A stretch of 64,000 nt of DNA from Octopus sinensis (GCF_006345805.1 NC_043002.1:38750001-38814000), one strand, 5' to 3'; positions 27,363 through 41,010 are shown, counted from the stretch's first letter. Numbers and translations are program-made. The notes: generated by a model from the sequence alone, not told the origin.

Positions 27363-27560
27363 AATATATTATATATATATATTATATATATATATATATA
27401 CATATAGCACAGTTAATTATAATTATATTCATTTTATTATCATATGTCTATGATAATTATTACATATACAGTTTGTCCATATTGCCCACTTTATATGATC
27501 GTTATTTGAAATATTGGTGGTACTGTTTATATATATATATGTATATATGTATATATATAT

Positions 27561-27606
<46 letters not shown>

Positions 27607-27694
27607 TATATATATATAGATAGATAGATAGATACATACATACATACATACATACATACATACATACATACATACATACATACATACATACATA

Positions 27695-28106
27695 CAGGCC
27701 ACTTCCTTGCTTTACAGTATATGCACTCAGTTGTCATTGCACCAATGGAAAATTTAGTGTCATCTGCATAATTAACTGCTGGATTATAGTTGAAAGCTAC
27801 TTTATAGAAGTTGCTTCTATGAGCTGCTGCAACTGCTCCCCTTTCTGCAGTGGAGATCTTATTCCTTGTCAGAGGTGCATACCTCTGTTTAGTACTTTGA
27901 GATGCTGGGTAGCACCAGTATGCAACTGTTTTTTTCTTTTACGCACAACTCTTATCTCATCATTTTCAGACGCTCTGGCTGCTATAGTGCAGTTTGCTTT
28001 TTGGCGTGCTTCCATTTTTCTCAGCTGTCTCACTTCCCCTCAACAAAGACATACTTTGGATTGACCTTAACACTGGAGACAAGTTTGACACCTTCCTTCT
28101 AGGCAT
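27695..28106 (-). mobile_element. Helitron Rep/helicase ORF 5' fragment
   Basis: Starts MPRRKVSNLS; the later frame YKVAFNYNPAVNYADDTKFSIGAMTTECIYCKARKWP matches the Helitron N-terminal AFNYDP...IG.M...C.YC.A.K pattern. Truncated at (TACA)n. Confidence 0.8.
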
Positions 28107-28160
28107 AGTTATTTACGAATACACAAATACACCGGTACAGAAAATTGTAAAACAATGAAA

Positions 28161-28569
28161 GTAGGCTGTGTGGTAAGTAGCTTGTTTACCAACCACATGG
28201 TTCCGGGTTCAGTCCCACTGCGTGGCACCTTGGGCAAGTATCTTCTACTATAGTCTCGGGCCGACCAAAGCCTTGTGAGTGGATTTGGTAGACGGAAACT
28301 GAAACAAGCCCGTCGTATATATGTATATATATATATGCGTGTGTGTGTTTGTGCGTCTGTCCCCCTAGCATTGCTTGACAACCGATGCTGGTGTGTTTAT
28401 GTCCCCGTTACTTAGCGGTTCGGCAAAAGAGACCGATAGAATAAGTACTGGGCTTACAAAAGAATAAGTCCCTGGTCGAGTTGCTCGATTAAAGGCGGTG
28501 CTCCAGCATGGCCGCAGTCAAATGACTGAAACAAGTGAAAGAGTATAAAAGAGTAAAAGAGTAAAGAGA
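28161..28569 (+). mobile_element. Family B CORE-type tRNA SINE (OR-like) with internal microsatellite
   Basis: B box GGTTCAGTCCC, CORE-like GGCACCTTGGGCAAGT and (AAAGAGT)n tail. Confidence 0.9.
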
Positions 28570-28950
28570 TGTAATAATTTTTTTTTTGTCCCAGAAATCG
28601 TTACAACGGTAAATGTTTGACGGAATCAAAAGAGAGTGATAGAGTAAGACATATAAAGAGAGTAAGTACAGTGAGAGGTTAGAAAGGGAACGAAAGGGGG
28701 TAAGTGAGAGAGAGAGAGAGAGAGAGAGACTGAAAAAAGAAGAGGAGTGAAAGAGAGCGTGAAGAAGGAAGAGTGAGAGAAACTACATTTAGTAAAGAAG
28801 TGAATCTTATACACATAAAACAATATTATTTATTTTTAATAAAAAAATAAATCAAGACCATATCATTGTGTGTCAAGCCAAATTATTTCTACACCCCAAG
28901 TATGGTATTAATTCGTGCAGCTGTTTTCGAGTTAAAAGCGAGCACACACA

Positions 28951-29000
28951 TAGCTAGCTAGCTAGCTAGCTAGATAGATAGATAGATAGATTGATAGATT

Positions 29001-29096
<96 letters not shown>

Positions 29097-29099
29097 CAC

Positions 29100-29166
<67 letters not shown>

Positions 29167-29234
29167 AAAAAAGATAGATAGATAGATAGATAGATAGATT
29201 GATAGATAGAGAGATAGATAGATAGACAGCTAGC

Positions 29235-29316
<82 letters not shown>
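28951..29316. repeat. (TAGC)n/(GATA)n/(GACA)n array abutting the retrotransposon 3' end
   Basis: Read directly. Confidence 0.95.
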
Positions 29317-29317
<1 letters not shown>

Positions 29318-32149
29318 GTTTATTTATTGGCCACACAGGGCTGCACACAGATGGGACAAGTTACAAGGTAGAGCTTTTCTTTTGGGGAATGAAGAAAACA
29401 AAAAAAAAGAAGGGGGTGGCGTAGGTTTTCGATCAAGAGGGATCGTAAAAGGGAAGAAAAAAACAAAAATAAATAAATAAATGAATAAATAAAATAAAAA
29501 ATAAAAAGAAGAAAAAGAAAAAAAGGAAAAGGAAAAGGAACAAGAGAAAAGAGAAATGAACAAAGAAGAAAAAAGAGGAAAAAGAAGGGAAAGAGGAAAA
29601 AAAGAACGATCAATAGGAATCGTGTATCACAGTGTTATGATGTATTGTGTGTAAAGGGGAAAGCAAGTAAGGTTTATCCGTGGGAAGAAAAGCCTACGAA
29701 AAAGACCACGGTAACTTGGTCAATATTTTATATGTTACCACATGTTTGCAAGTGGGTGGTAACCCTCTGTTTTCAATTTCTGGGTTCATAGCATATGCTC
29801 AAGGTGACTTCGTCATTCATACGTGCCATCCTTGCTACATTCACCCTCTTTTTTTAAAACATTCGCTAGACAAAACTTGCCTCTCTACTCTCACTTTCCT
29901 CTTCAAGTGGTACTGAGAAGTTGATGAGAGATTGACCAGAGAGGAAAGTGTTTGTCTCCAATCCTTTCAGACGCGTCCACCAGATACATTCTTTCGCCAT
30001 AGCCACAAGGATTATGAAAATAGCTCTTCCTTCCCGTTTGAAGGAAGGAGGCGTGACAATATTGACGATAGACTCAGCTGATAAACCGACTCGTCCCACA
30101 CGTGACAGCAGTTGTTTGTCATAAGCCCACAGGTCGGAAATTGAACAGGCGGGTCAGGTACTCCTCGTCGACGTCCAGGTTCGCCCCGAGCTCGTCATCG
30201 TACCTCCCCTCCACTAATCCCCTATAGAATGCTTTGGTTGTGTTGAAGTCACTCAAGGTCGACCCAGGACGGCAGAGTTGCTTCAGAGCAACGCGACACT
30301 CGCGGTGCCATTCGCCCTTCCTCGGCCTCTTTTTGATCCACGACTGCAGTTCGGTCATGGAGACGAGCTGCGGGAAAGCGTGCCTCACAAACGGCGACCA
30401 CACCTGTTCACCGTCATCTACATAGAGTCAGAGATGTCGCAGTCTCAGCGCGTGTCTGCGCATCATCAACCATGGCATGCCCATTCCTCCTTTTTAACGG
30501 GTGTTGACAGCAAATGGATCTCCTGACCATCGGGACGCATCCTTTCCACAAGAAGCGAAAGAGAATGCGGGTTGTGTAGTTTGGTGATGGTAGGGTCGGG
30601 ACAAGGTACGACGGTCAGGCAGGCGGTAGTAGATGACGGAACGCGATGTACGTGTTCGCCACCCTCCGCCCGACCATTTAGGGACAGTTTCCTCTCGGCC
30701 CATTGCCGGGCGAGAGTGACCACCCTACTTGTATCTCGTTCCAGTTCTTCTCCACTTGAAGGTCCGGACCAAAACAAACCCCGAGCAACTCAACCGGGCC
30801 GTCGGCCAGCGTCCCACGACGGAGGTACTGTGGACGGCATGGGCTTGCTTCTCCAGGTGCCTAGTCGCAAGCCCACTGACTTTTCCCGGTTGATTTTCGC
30901 TCCTCGTCACCCGCTTCGTAGTTTTTCAGTGTCTCGCCGACCTGCTCGATGTGCTCGTGGCTAGACACTATGACGGAGAAGTCGTCCGCGTATGCAGACA
31001 CGCTCGTCCCGCAATCCCAGTTCGCGGGATGCCCCTCAAAGTTGCCAGCTTCCGCAATAATGGCTCGAGAGAAGTCAATACGTATAGAAACGACGAGAGG
31101 GGGCATCCCTGAAGGACCGAACGTGCGATGTCGAAGGGTCTCGATAGATGTCCATTCACGCGAATTACCGAACGGATGCCTCTGTACAAAGCGGCTATCC
31201 AGCCGCGGAAGACGGGACCGAAGCCAGCCGCTCTGAGGACCGCCTCCAAGTACCGATGGTCTACCCTATCGAAGCTTTCGATTGATCCAAATTGATCAGC
31301 GCCCCACCCATGCCAGGTTCGTTAACTACCCTGTCTATGATGTAGCGCATCAGGTGGAGGTTGTCATGATGGTCCGCCCGGACGGCGCATGTTTGCGCCT
31401 TGTCGACCAGTTTCTCGATGACAAGCGCCAACCTCTTGGCTAGCACCTTGGCCAAAATTTTCAAGTCTGCATTAAGCCAGTGATGGGCCTAAAGTTATCT
31501 ATTACATTTCCCTTGTTTAGATCTTTCCTCAGCAGTGTTACGGCTCCACGGCTCACAAAACCAGGAATGCTCCCGTTTTGCTGCCAGTTGCAGTACACCG
31601 CCGCCAAGAGATCTCCAAACAAGTCTGGCATACAATTGTAAAGCTCGTAGGGTAGACCATCCAAACCCGGTGATTTGTCCCTCGAGCATTCTGCCATCAC
31701 GTCCTGCACTTTCGCCGCCGTGATGGCACCTTCGCAGCACCCTGCCTTTCTTGTCGAGAGTCGTGGTAGGCTATGTAGGTAGGCACTGAAGTCCACCCTA
31801 CGTTCTTGCCCTCCACTCGTCCCGAACAGTCGGGCAAAATGCTGCTGAAAGGCCTCACATTTTACTTGGCTCGAGCAATTCGCGCCCCTGTTCATCTACC
31901 AGTGACCGAATGGTGGCTTTGTTGCCCTGTTGGCGCCTCTGCCACCCGGGCCTCTCTCGCGGCTCCAACACCTTCGTTCCTTAGAGCACGCATCCTAGCT
32001 CTGACAGCACATTCTTCGTGTTTGGCGTTGAAGTGTTGGTCGAGGGCCAACCTCGCCGCCAAAACGTCGGATGCGATGCCGCTTCTAATTGCCTCTTCTA
32101 GCTTCTTAACTAGCTCACCCTCTACTCTATTTCTATCTATGGCTAGTGA
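29317..32149 (-). mobile_element. 5'-truncated L1/Tx1-clade non-LTR retrotransposon (ORF2 linker, RT and C-terminus; frameshifted)
   Basis: Ordered RT motifs KSPGLDGLPYELY, NFRPIT, KILAKVLAKRL, LINLDQSK, SVLQGCPLS, AYADD. ORF2 stop near 29773, then a U-rich 3' UTR of about 455 nt and AATAAA at 29328-29323. No endonuclease domain, and the CCHC region appears deleted near 30145. Confidence 0.93.
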
Positions 32150-32205
32150 GACAGACAGACAGACAGACAGATAGACAGACAGACAAACACACAGATAGAT
32201 ATAGG

Positions 32206-32261
<56 letters not shown>

Positions 32262-32307
32262 CAGACATATAAACACACAGATATAGATAGATAGATAGAT
32301 AGATAGG

Positions 32308-32367
<60 letters not shown>

Positions 32368-32455
32368 CAGACAGACAAATAAACACACAGATATAGATAG
32401 ATAGATAGATAGATCGACAGACAGACAGACAGACGACGACAGATATAGATAGATA
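32150..32455. repeat. (GACA)n/(GATA)n array between the two Tx1-like copies
   Basis: Read directly. Confidence 0.95.
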
Positions 32456-32574
32456 AGTTTCTTTATTGGCCACACAGGGCTGCACACAGATGGGATAAGT
32501 TACAAGGTAGAGCTTTTCTTTTGGGGGATGAAAGAAAAAAAAATGGTGGCGTAGCTTTTCGATCAAAAGGGATA
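32456..32574 (-). mobile_element. 3' end of a second copy of the same Tx1-like element, running into the gap
   Basis: AGTTTCTTTATTGGCCACACAGGGCTGCACACAGATGGGATAAGTTACAAGGTAGAGC nearly matches 29317 onward. Confidence 0.92.
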
Positions 32575-32674
32575 NNNNNNNNNNNNNNNNNNNNNNNNNN
32601 NNNNNNNNNNNNNNNNNNNNNNNNNNNNNNNNNNNNNNNNNNNNNNNNNNNNNNNNNNNNNNNNNNNNNNNNNN
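32575..32674. other. Assembly gap (100 N)
   Basis: N run. Confidence 1.
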
Positions 32675-33520
32675 TATTGTATAACCATTACGGCCTATCT
32701 TACCAATGGTTTCGCACTAGGGGTTCAACGGAGTGTTCGACAACAGCCTGAGTATGTGACCACACGCTCTTCAGAGACGCCAGTTATGCAATAGCTGTCA
32801 TCTCCGAAGAAGCGAAGGGTTATATAATCGGCCTACCGATTAACACTCAGTTGAACTCTTGTTAAAAACCGTTTAGTAAGATCGGCCGTAATGGATATAT
32901 TATAAGTACACTTCGATTAATACAACTCTATTTAAAATATAGAAAGCATATTTTGTGACGCATACATTCTTAAACGAGATATATATGCATGTATGTATGT
33001 ATGGTTATGTATGTATGTATGTAGTATGTATGTATGTATGTATGCATGTATGCATGTATGTATGTATGTATGTATGTATGTAATTACGTATGTATGCATG
33101 TGTGTGTTGTATGTATGTAACCGCCAGTATTGTTTTTCAGTCTGTATTTATGTGGAAACTATTCAGTAGTTGCAACACTATTTTGATATTGTGAGAGATT
33201 CGCCATTAGAAAATCTGATATGTGCATTGTGATGTGGATTGCGACTTGAGAATATGCCCTTATTATATCTCTCTTTCACTCTCTCTCTCTATCTCCCTTT
33301 CACTTCTTTCTCTCTCATATATATTTGTGTGTGTGTGTGTGTGTGTGTGGTGTGGTGTCTGTGTGTCTGTTATATATATGTATGTATATGTATAGTATAT
33401 ATATATATACATACATACGTATATATATATATATTATATATATATAGATATATATATATATTATATATATTTATATGTATATATACATACATACATACAT
33501 ACATTTACATACATATATAT

Positions 33521-33743
33521 ACTCTTTACTCTTTTACTTGTTTCAGTCATTTGACTGCGGCCATGCTGGAACACCACCATTAGTCGAGCAAATCGACCCC
33601 GGGACTTATTCTTGTAAGCCCAGTACTTATTTTATCGGTCTCTTTTTGCCGAACTGCTAAGTGACAGGGACGTAAACACACCAGCATCGGTTGTCAAGCA
33701 ATGCTAGGGAGACAAACACACATACACAAACACACATACATAA

Positions 33744-33776
<33 letters not shown>

Positions 33777-33951
33777 CATATATACGACAGGCTTCTTTCA
33801 GTTTCCGTGTACCAAATCCACTCACAAGGCATTGGTCGTCCCGGGGCTATAGCAGAAGACACTTGCCCAAAATGCCACGCAGTGGGACTGAACTCGGAAC
33901 CATGTGGTTGGTTAGCAAGCTACGTACTACCACACGGCCACTCCTGCGCCT
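33521..33951 (-). mobile_element. Family B CORE-type SINE
   Basis: Reverse complement of the 28161-28569 family, including head and tail. Confidence 0.9.
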
Positions 33952-33993
33952 ATAGCCACTCCTGAGCCTATATATATATATATATTTATATAG

Positions 33994-34047
<54 letters not shown>

Positions 34048-34051
<4 letters not shown>

Positions 34052-34770
34052 TAATACTAAGCAATTAAGGGTTAGCAACGAATTGCCTTACCGCACACCG
34101 AATTTAGAAATAGCAGTCAAAAGAGATATAGCTATTTCTTCTACTAAAAGAGAGATCACAGTAAAGACCACAGCATTTGAAAGGCAAACACAACAGGTAA
34201 GAGAGAATGAATTAACGGCAATCTATCATACAGTTTTAAGTCACCTACGGACGTACGTTTCGAGATCAAGTCTTAGGAAAGCATAAGAATTAGATAATTC
34301 TACCTTACCCAGATTCTTCTCTCATCCGCGCGGGATACAAACAATCATGAATGATTGAATATTGAACTTTGAGATACTAGAAGGCACCAACTCAACTCAG
34401 TATCAGAGCGAGCTAGAAGCCACAGCTAGTATCACCAAATCAAAGTATGAAGAAAGCCTGTGTCACCAGTCCCTCCCACCGCGTGAGCCAAGACAAAGTG
34501 CTGTGGTCATTTACTGGGATGAATATGGTTATGAGTAACAATGAAGGGTGAAATTAATTAATTTGGAATAATTATCAATTACACCAAGTTGTCTTCGGCA
34601 TGTAAAAGCCTTATCGAGGAAAATTTAAGTAATACTAAGCAATAAGGGTTTAGCAACGAATTGCCTTACCGCACACCGAATTTAGAAATAGCAGTCAAAG
34701 AGATTATAGCTATTTCTTCTACTAAAAGGGAGATCACAGTAAAGACACAGCGTTTGAAAGGCAAACACAA
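34048..34770. repeat. Direct repeat of about 146 bp (34048-34193 and 34626-34770); first copy abuts (TA)n
   Basis: TAAGTAATACTAAGCAA...GAAAGGCAAACACAA occurs twice. Confidence 0.92.
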
Positions 34771-35528
34771 ACAATATATATATATCTGTCCGTCTGTTTC
34801 TGTCTACGTGTACGTGTTAACCATGGCTGTGTGTAGATGTGCAGTATATACATTTGCATTCTGATTGCAATCACATACGATCACATACACACACATGCTC
34901 ATCTGCATGCACGCAAAAGCCTGCACTCATACATACACGCATACATACACATGGATTCACACCGACATTCACACATAAGCACACACATACACACATGAAT
35001 ACAGACATGCATACATAGATACATTCAATCGTCTATCCATCTATACATACATACATACACACATACATACATACATAATACATACATACATACACACATA
35101 CATACATACATACATACATACATACATACATACATACCATACATACATACATACATGCTTACATAATACATACATGCATGCATGCATGTTTCTAAAGCAA
35201 GCTACGAAAGTATTAAAATCTTCGATACTGAATTTTTAGAAAATCTTGTTTCGAATACAATTGGAATAATATTAAAATGGATTTGGCACTGTCCTGGGGA
35301 AAACACAAATTCTACAAATTGTAATATAAGCAGATGTTTATTATCCAATCGGAAATGCAAGCGCGTTTGGCTTCATCGGAATTTTGTAATATTATAAAAT
35401 GAAAGAAATCAATTTTTCATTTGGCTTTTTTTCTTATTGTTGTTGTTTATAGTTGGTGTGTACTTTTGGAAAGCAGAATAATTTGTAAGATTTATCATGC
35501 ACGTGTATGTAAGCATATATATATATAC

Positions 35529-35600
<72 letters not shown>

Positions 35601-35681
35601 GTATGTATGAATATATAATTTATATATGTGCATATATATATATATATATTATGCATATATATATATATATATTATGCATAT

Positions 35682-35744
<63 letters not shown>

Positions 35745-36253
35745 ATACATGTATATACCTCATAGGTCCATCTGTATGTGTCTTCCAATGCTAGCGATTA
35801 ATTTAAAATCATGAAGAAATTTGCTTACAAACAATATGGTAGCAAAGGCATTTGATGGATGTTAGAAGGTAGCGATTGGGATTCTGTTAATGGTGGTGGG
35901 TATGCTGGTTCTGGTGGAGGTGGATGATTGGTGGGGGCCGCAGTTAATGCTGCCCGTACTTCAAACAGCGCTGGTGGTGTGATGGGTGGACGGGTGTGTA
36001 AAAGATGAAGTGAATTAGAGTGGTGGGGGCTGTGATGGAAGAGATAGTAGCGGCAGCGGTGATGTTTATAGACACGCACAAGTGTAAATGCACATGCATC
36101 AGTTTAACATGAGTATTATATATATATTTATATATATATATATATATGATTGTATATATATGATTGTATATATATGTTTGTATATATATATATTTGTGTG
36201 TGTATATATATTTCTATAAAATATATGTATGTATATATATATATATATATATA

Positions 36254-36289
<36 letters not shown>

Positions 36290-36850
36290 TGTATATGTTG
36301 TGTGTGTAGATATTATATATATATATAATATATATATATGTATGCATACATGTATTTTGGCACATACATGTGTATATATATGCATGGATATATAGACGCT
36401 TCTCGAGTGTATGAGTGTACATGTATGTATGCGCATGTATCGGGATAAAGACAGATGACAAAATGTATAGCTTGCTAGCGTAAGAATTACGAACGGCCAG
36501 AAAGATATATCTAAAAAGGAATTGTTAAGTGGAATTTATAAAGACACATTTTGCTTCTTTTTTCTTTTCTTTGTTTTTTTTTGCCTAAATTTTCTGTTCG
36601 TATTACGAGAAAAACTGTTCTATTTTCAACTATTTTCAAAGAAATCATACAAATGCACACGCAATCACACAAACACGCACACACTCCTATATATATACCC
36701 AGACATATACGAGTTGCTAGCCACACCTGCATCCACTCAAACCAAAATACACATACACTCTCATATGCACAATACACGCACACACAGATGTACTATTATA
36801 TGTATATATATATTATATATATATTTATATAATATATATATATATATATA

Positions 36851-37541
36851 CGAAAGAAGGTTTGAAAATGCAATTTAAAGATGTTTATTACTTTACCGGT
36901 TTCACTCTTTGGAAAAAGATTGTCAAAAGTACCATGTAGAAGTTTGGTTGCGTTAATTATTGGTTGTTGCAAATTGCTACATTACATATATACAGTCTTT
37001 GGTAACAGGGACATGTTACGGACATAAAAAAGTTCAACAAGTTCCTTAAAATAATTCCTTTAATAATTCCTCCTGGAAATTATCTAGAGATGTATAATAT
37101 ATTTGTTGTAATCTTTTGTGCCCATTATTTCAATGAGCTTGTTAAACTTTTTTATATTCTCAACATACTCTTGTCTCCAAAGAATGTATATTTATATGGA
37201 TTATAGTACTCTGTGTCAACCAATATTCTGTGCATGTTTGAATATACAGATACAATACCAATATCAATTCCTTCTGGAAACTATCTTAAGCATGTCCTTG
37301 TGAACGATTATTTATGTAGTAATCTTTTGTGCCCAATATTTTAAGGAACTTGTTGAACATTTTTATGTCCTTCACATATCCCTGTTACCAAAGACTGTAT
37401 ATATGTAATGTAGCAATTTGCAACAATCAATAATTAACGCAACCAAACTTTTACATGTTACTTTTGACAATCTTTTTCCAAAGAGTGAAACCGGTAAAGT
37501 AAATAAACATCTTTTAAATTGCATTTTCAAACCTTCTTTCG
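36851..37541. mobile_element. 691-bp fold-back (MITE-like) element with arms of about 205 bp, TA-flanked
   Basis: 36851-37053 is the reverse complement of 37337-37541; TA on both sides. Confidence 0.8.
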
Positions 37542-37693
37542 TATATAATTCCACTCGTGCGGTACCCCACAACTCCACTTTGTTATATATACTATATATA
37601 TATATATTTATATATATATATATACCACCAGGTGGTGCTATTAGTTAGGCATGGCTTGAGACAATACTGGACGAAACCTATCGAAGTACCAAA

Positions 37694-37724
<31 letters not shown>

Positions 37725-37726
<2 letters not shown>

Positions 37727-37884
37727 CGTAAGAGTGGCTGTGTGGTAAGTAGCTTGCTTAACAACCATAGTTCCGGATTCAGTCCCACTGCGTGGCACCT
37801 TGGGCGAGTGTTTTTCACAATAGCCTCGGGCCGACCAAAGCCTTTTGAGTGGATTTGGACGACGGAAACTGAAAGAAGCTCGTC
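37725..37884 (+). mobile_element. Family B SINE, 5' half only, between TA tracts
   Basis: GGCGTAAGAGTGGCTGTGTGG...GGCACCTTGGGCGAGT...GAAAGAAGCTCGTC. Confidence 0.88.
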
Positions 37885-37895
37885 ATATATATGTG

Positions 37896-37974
<79 letters not shown>

Positions 37975-38798
37975 ATGTACTGTTTGTATATGTTTTGTGT
38001 GTCTGTGCTTGTCGCATTTATATATATATAAACATATATACACATGCATATATGTATATGTATTGGTATTTATATGTGTTTATGCATATATACCTATATA
38101 TATCTAGGTATATATGCATACACATATATAAATACAAATACACATACATGGATGTATTTGTATATATGTATATATATATATAATATATATATATATACAC
38201 ATAGAGATTTATGTATATATATATATGTGTGTGCGTGTGTGTGTATGTATGTATGTATTTATATATACGTATATTCATACATACACATACATACATACAT
38301 ACATACATTATTGGAATATTTAAATTTTCACTGCGTCATTGTGTTGAGTGACTCTCACGCAATCTCCAGATCAGACATTAATCAGCAGAATGTGGTATGG
38401 TCATTATGATGGCGGCAGCTGTTGTGCTGTAATGGTGTTTGCGTTGGTGATCATAGTTTTGGTGGTGGTGGTGGTGGTGGTGGTGGTGGTGGTGGTGGTG
38501 GTAGTAGTGCTGCTGCTGCTGCTGCTTGTTGGTAATGGTAGTTACAACCACATCAATGAACATCCAAAAATAGTGTGTAGGAAGTCTGAAAAGAAGCGAA
38601 TGGTTTTAAAAGCGTATTGTTTTCGTTGATCGTAATAGCGACATAACATGGCGTAAATTACGAGTTATAACATTACTATAACATGCTTAACCTGATATAC
38701 ATTACAGGTTAAACATGTTTTAACATTCACTCTGAATTCCACCCCACACATCTCCCATATGATAATATATATTATATATTATATATATATATATATAT

Positions 38799-39506
38799 GG
38801 GATGGCCATAATAGGACGTCGACTCACTAGAAAGAGCAGCTAAACTCCAAACCACTACTAGTTGTAATTAAATCGGCAGTTTATATTTACTGCTGAGAAA
38901 ACCGCGGGAATGCGGTGGATTTTGAAAATTTATAGCATATAGACTCGAGGCATGCTTGTTACCGCCTCGTGAATATATGGTAGTCCTTGGCTTTTCTGCT
39001 GACGAGGCAACGCCAGTGGTAAATAAATTAATTTTATTTACAAAAGATTGCCGAAACTATGCATAGTCCAGAAAGGAGAGGGTAAACGTTTTTATTTCTC
39101 TTTCCATTTCAGAATTACAACTATTAGTGGTTTGGAGTTTAGCTGCTCTTTCTAGTGAGTCGGATGTCCTATTATGACCATCCCTTATATGTTTGAATGT
39201 ATATTATATAGTCTATTGACTATTTTCTCTTTCTCACTTGACCGCTGGTAGCGGAGAAATTTTCTAGAATTTTTTGCTACCCTAAAATTTATTAATTAAT
39301 GATTTTTGGGCTAATTTTGAAATTAAATCGGCAGTTTATATATACACCTGAGAAAACCACACGAATGCGGTGGATTTTGAAATTTTATAGCATATAGACT
39401 CGAGGCATGCTTGTTACCGCCTCGTGAATATATGGTAGTCCTTGGCTTTTCTGCTGACGAGGCAACGCCAGTGGTAAATAAATAAATTTTATTTACCAAA
39501 GATTGC
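38799..39506. repeat. Composite local duplication (TA)n-X-Y-Z-rc(X)-W-Y
   Basis: X 38799-38869 versus 39113-39184 (inverted); Y 38866-39051 versus 39321-39506 (direct). Confidence 0.92.
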
Positions 39507-39509
39507 ACT

Positions 39510-39910
39510 CTGCATCGACAACAGATTACATTCCCAGAATACAGAATGATACCTTTTAGTGAACATATTGAAAAATGCGCAAAGCAACTACTACCACAAT
39601 TTTCAATCTTTCCATTCTATCAATGTGCTATTGGTACATCAATACAAATTAGATTAAACAAGGAAAAATTCTTCATTGAAAAATATAAACCAACACTTAA
39701 CCATTCTAGCATTTTTACACAAAGAAGTTCATGTCATTGAAAAAAAGAAAAAATATAAAGCGATTATCTCCCTTATACCGGAAGAAATTCCTGATTACCT
39801 TCTCTTGCCTGGAACTCTTCACTTCATGCGAAGACATGAAACGATGTAGATAAAGAAATTTGAGGAATTTGAAAAGACTATACGAAACCGGTTATTTCTC
39901 CAAAAACTAT
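39510..39910 (+). mobile_element. Penelope-like element 3' remnant (end of GIY-YIG domain and pLTR)
   Basis: IRLNKEKFFIEKYKPTLN resembles the PLE endonuclease C-terminus; degenerate TGAGGA...CGAAACCGGTT lies downstream. Confidence 0.6.
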
Positions 39911-40067
39911 GTTACTATACACAAAATTTTATAACATTTTTCTGACATAACGACTTAAATATATTCTTTAACCTTATAACACAAGCCTTCTGTAGTTTTT
40001 CAGTCTCTTTTATTTTTTGTACATCGAACCACGTGCTTTCACACACCAATTCTCTCTCGCTCTCTCC

Positions 40068-40114
<47 letters not shown>

Positions 40115-40202
40115 ATTCGCAAATTGATCCAGGCTGTCCGTCGTCTTTTCAATCAACAAGAAATTAATTAAATTTACCATGGTTGTATGTGTATTATGTA
40201 AC

Positions 40203-40522
40203 TGGTACTCTGTCGGTTGCGACGGCCAGGATTTCAGCTGATCCGATCAACAGAATAACCTGCTCGTAAAATTAACGTGAAAGTAGCTGAGCACTCCACA
40301 AATATGTGTACTCTTAACGTAGTTCTCATAGAGATTCAACATGACAGAATATAACAAGGCTAACACTTTAAATTACAGGAACTGCCCATTTTTGCCTGCA
40401 GAGTGGGCTGGAGCAATGTGAAATAAAGTGTCGTGTTCAAGGACACAACGCACCGCAGGTTTTCAAACTCACAACCTTACGATTGTGAACCAAGTACCCT
40501 AACCACTAAGCCACGTGCCCTG
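40203..40522 (-). mobile_element. Family D CORE-type SINE (older copy)
   Basis: Homologous to 45380-45691. Confidence 0.8.
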
Positions 40523-40877
40523 GAATTAAATGCCACATATATGAATTACATGAAAAAGAGCCTTGAACTGGACATGACATTCTCTATACATAGGATGGTG
40601 TTTGGCCAGTATTAATGCTCCTTACTTGGTTGTAAAACGATAGATATTTGTACAGTTGCGTACATACATAAATACACACATATACACACACACGTATATT
40701 TACACACATATATACATATACATATATATTTTTTTCATCTAGTTTCAGCTCACGAGCTGTGGCCATGCTGGGGCACCGCCATTGAAAACTAACGTTGTGT
40801 GAACCAGTATACACAATGTTCAGGTTAAGGTACCTGGCGCCTTAGACAACTCGGCCATTCTGACAGCTTCTTACAGC

Positions 40878-41010
<133 letters not shown>

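Noticed and set aside
32740-32830. Further hammerhead candidate (CTGAAGA on the minus strand)
   Set aside because: No GAAA or stem II/III in the required positions.
35825-36079. Proline-rich ORF (PPPPEPAYPPP)
   Set aside because: Most simply a degenerate (ACC/GGT)n low-complexity tract; no supporting exons or homology.
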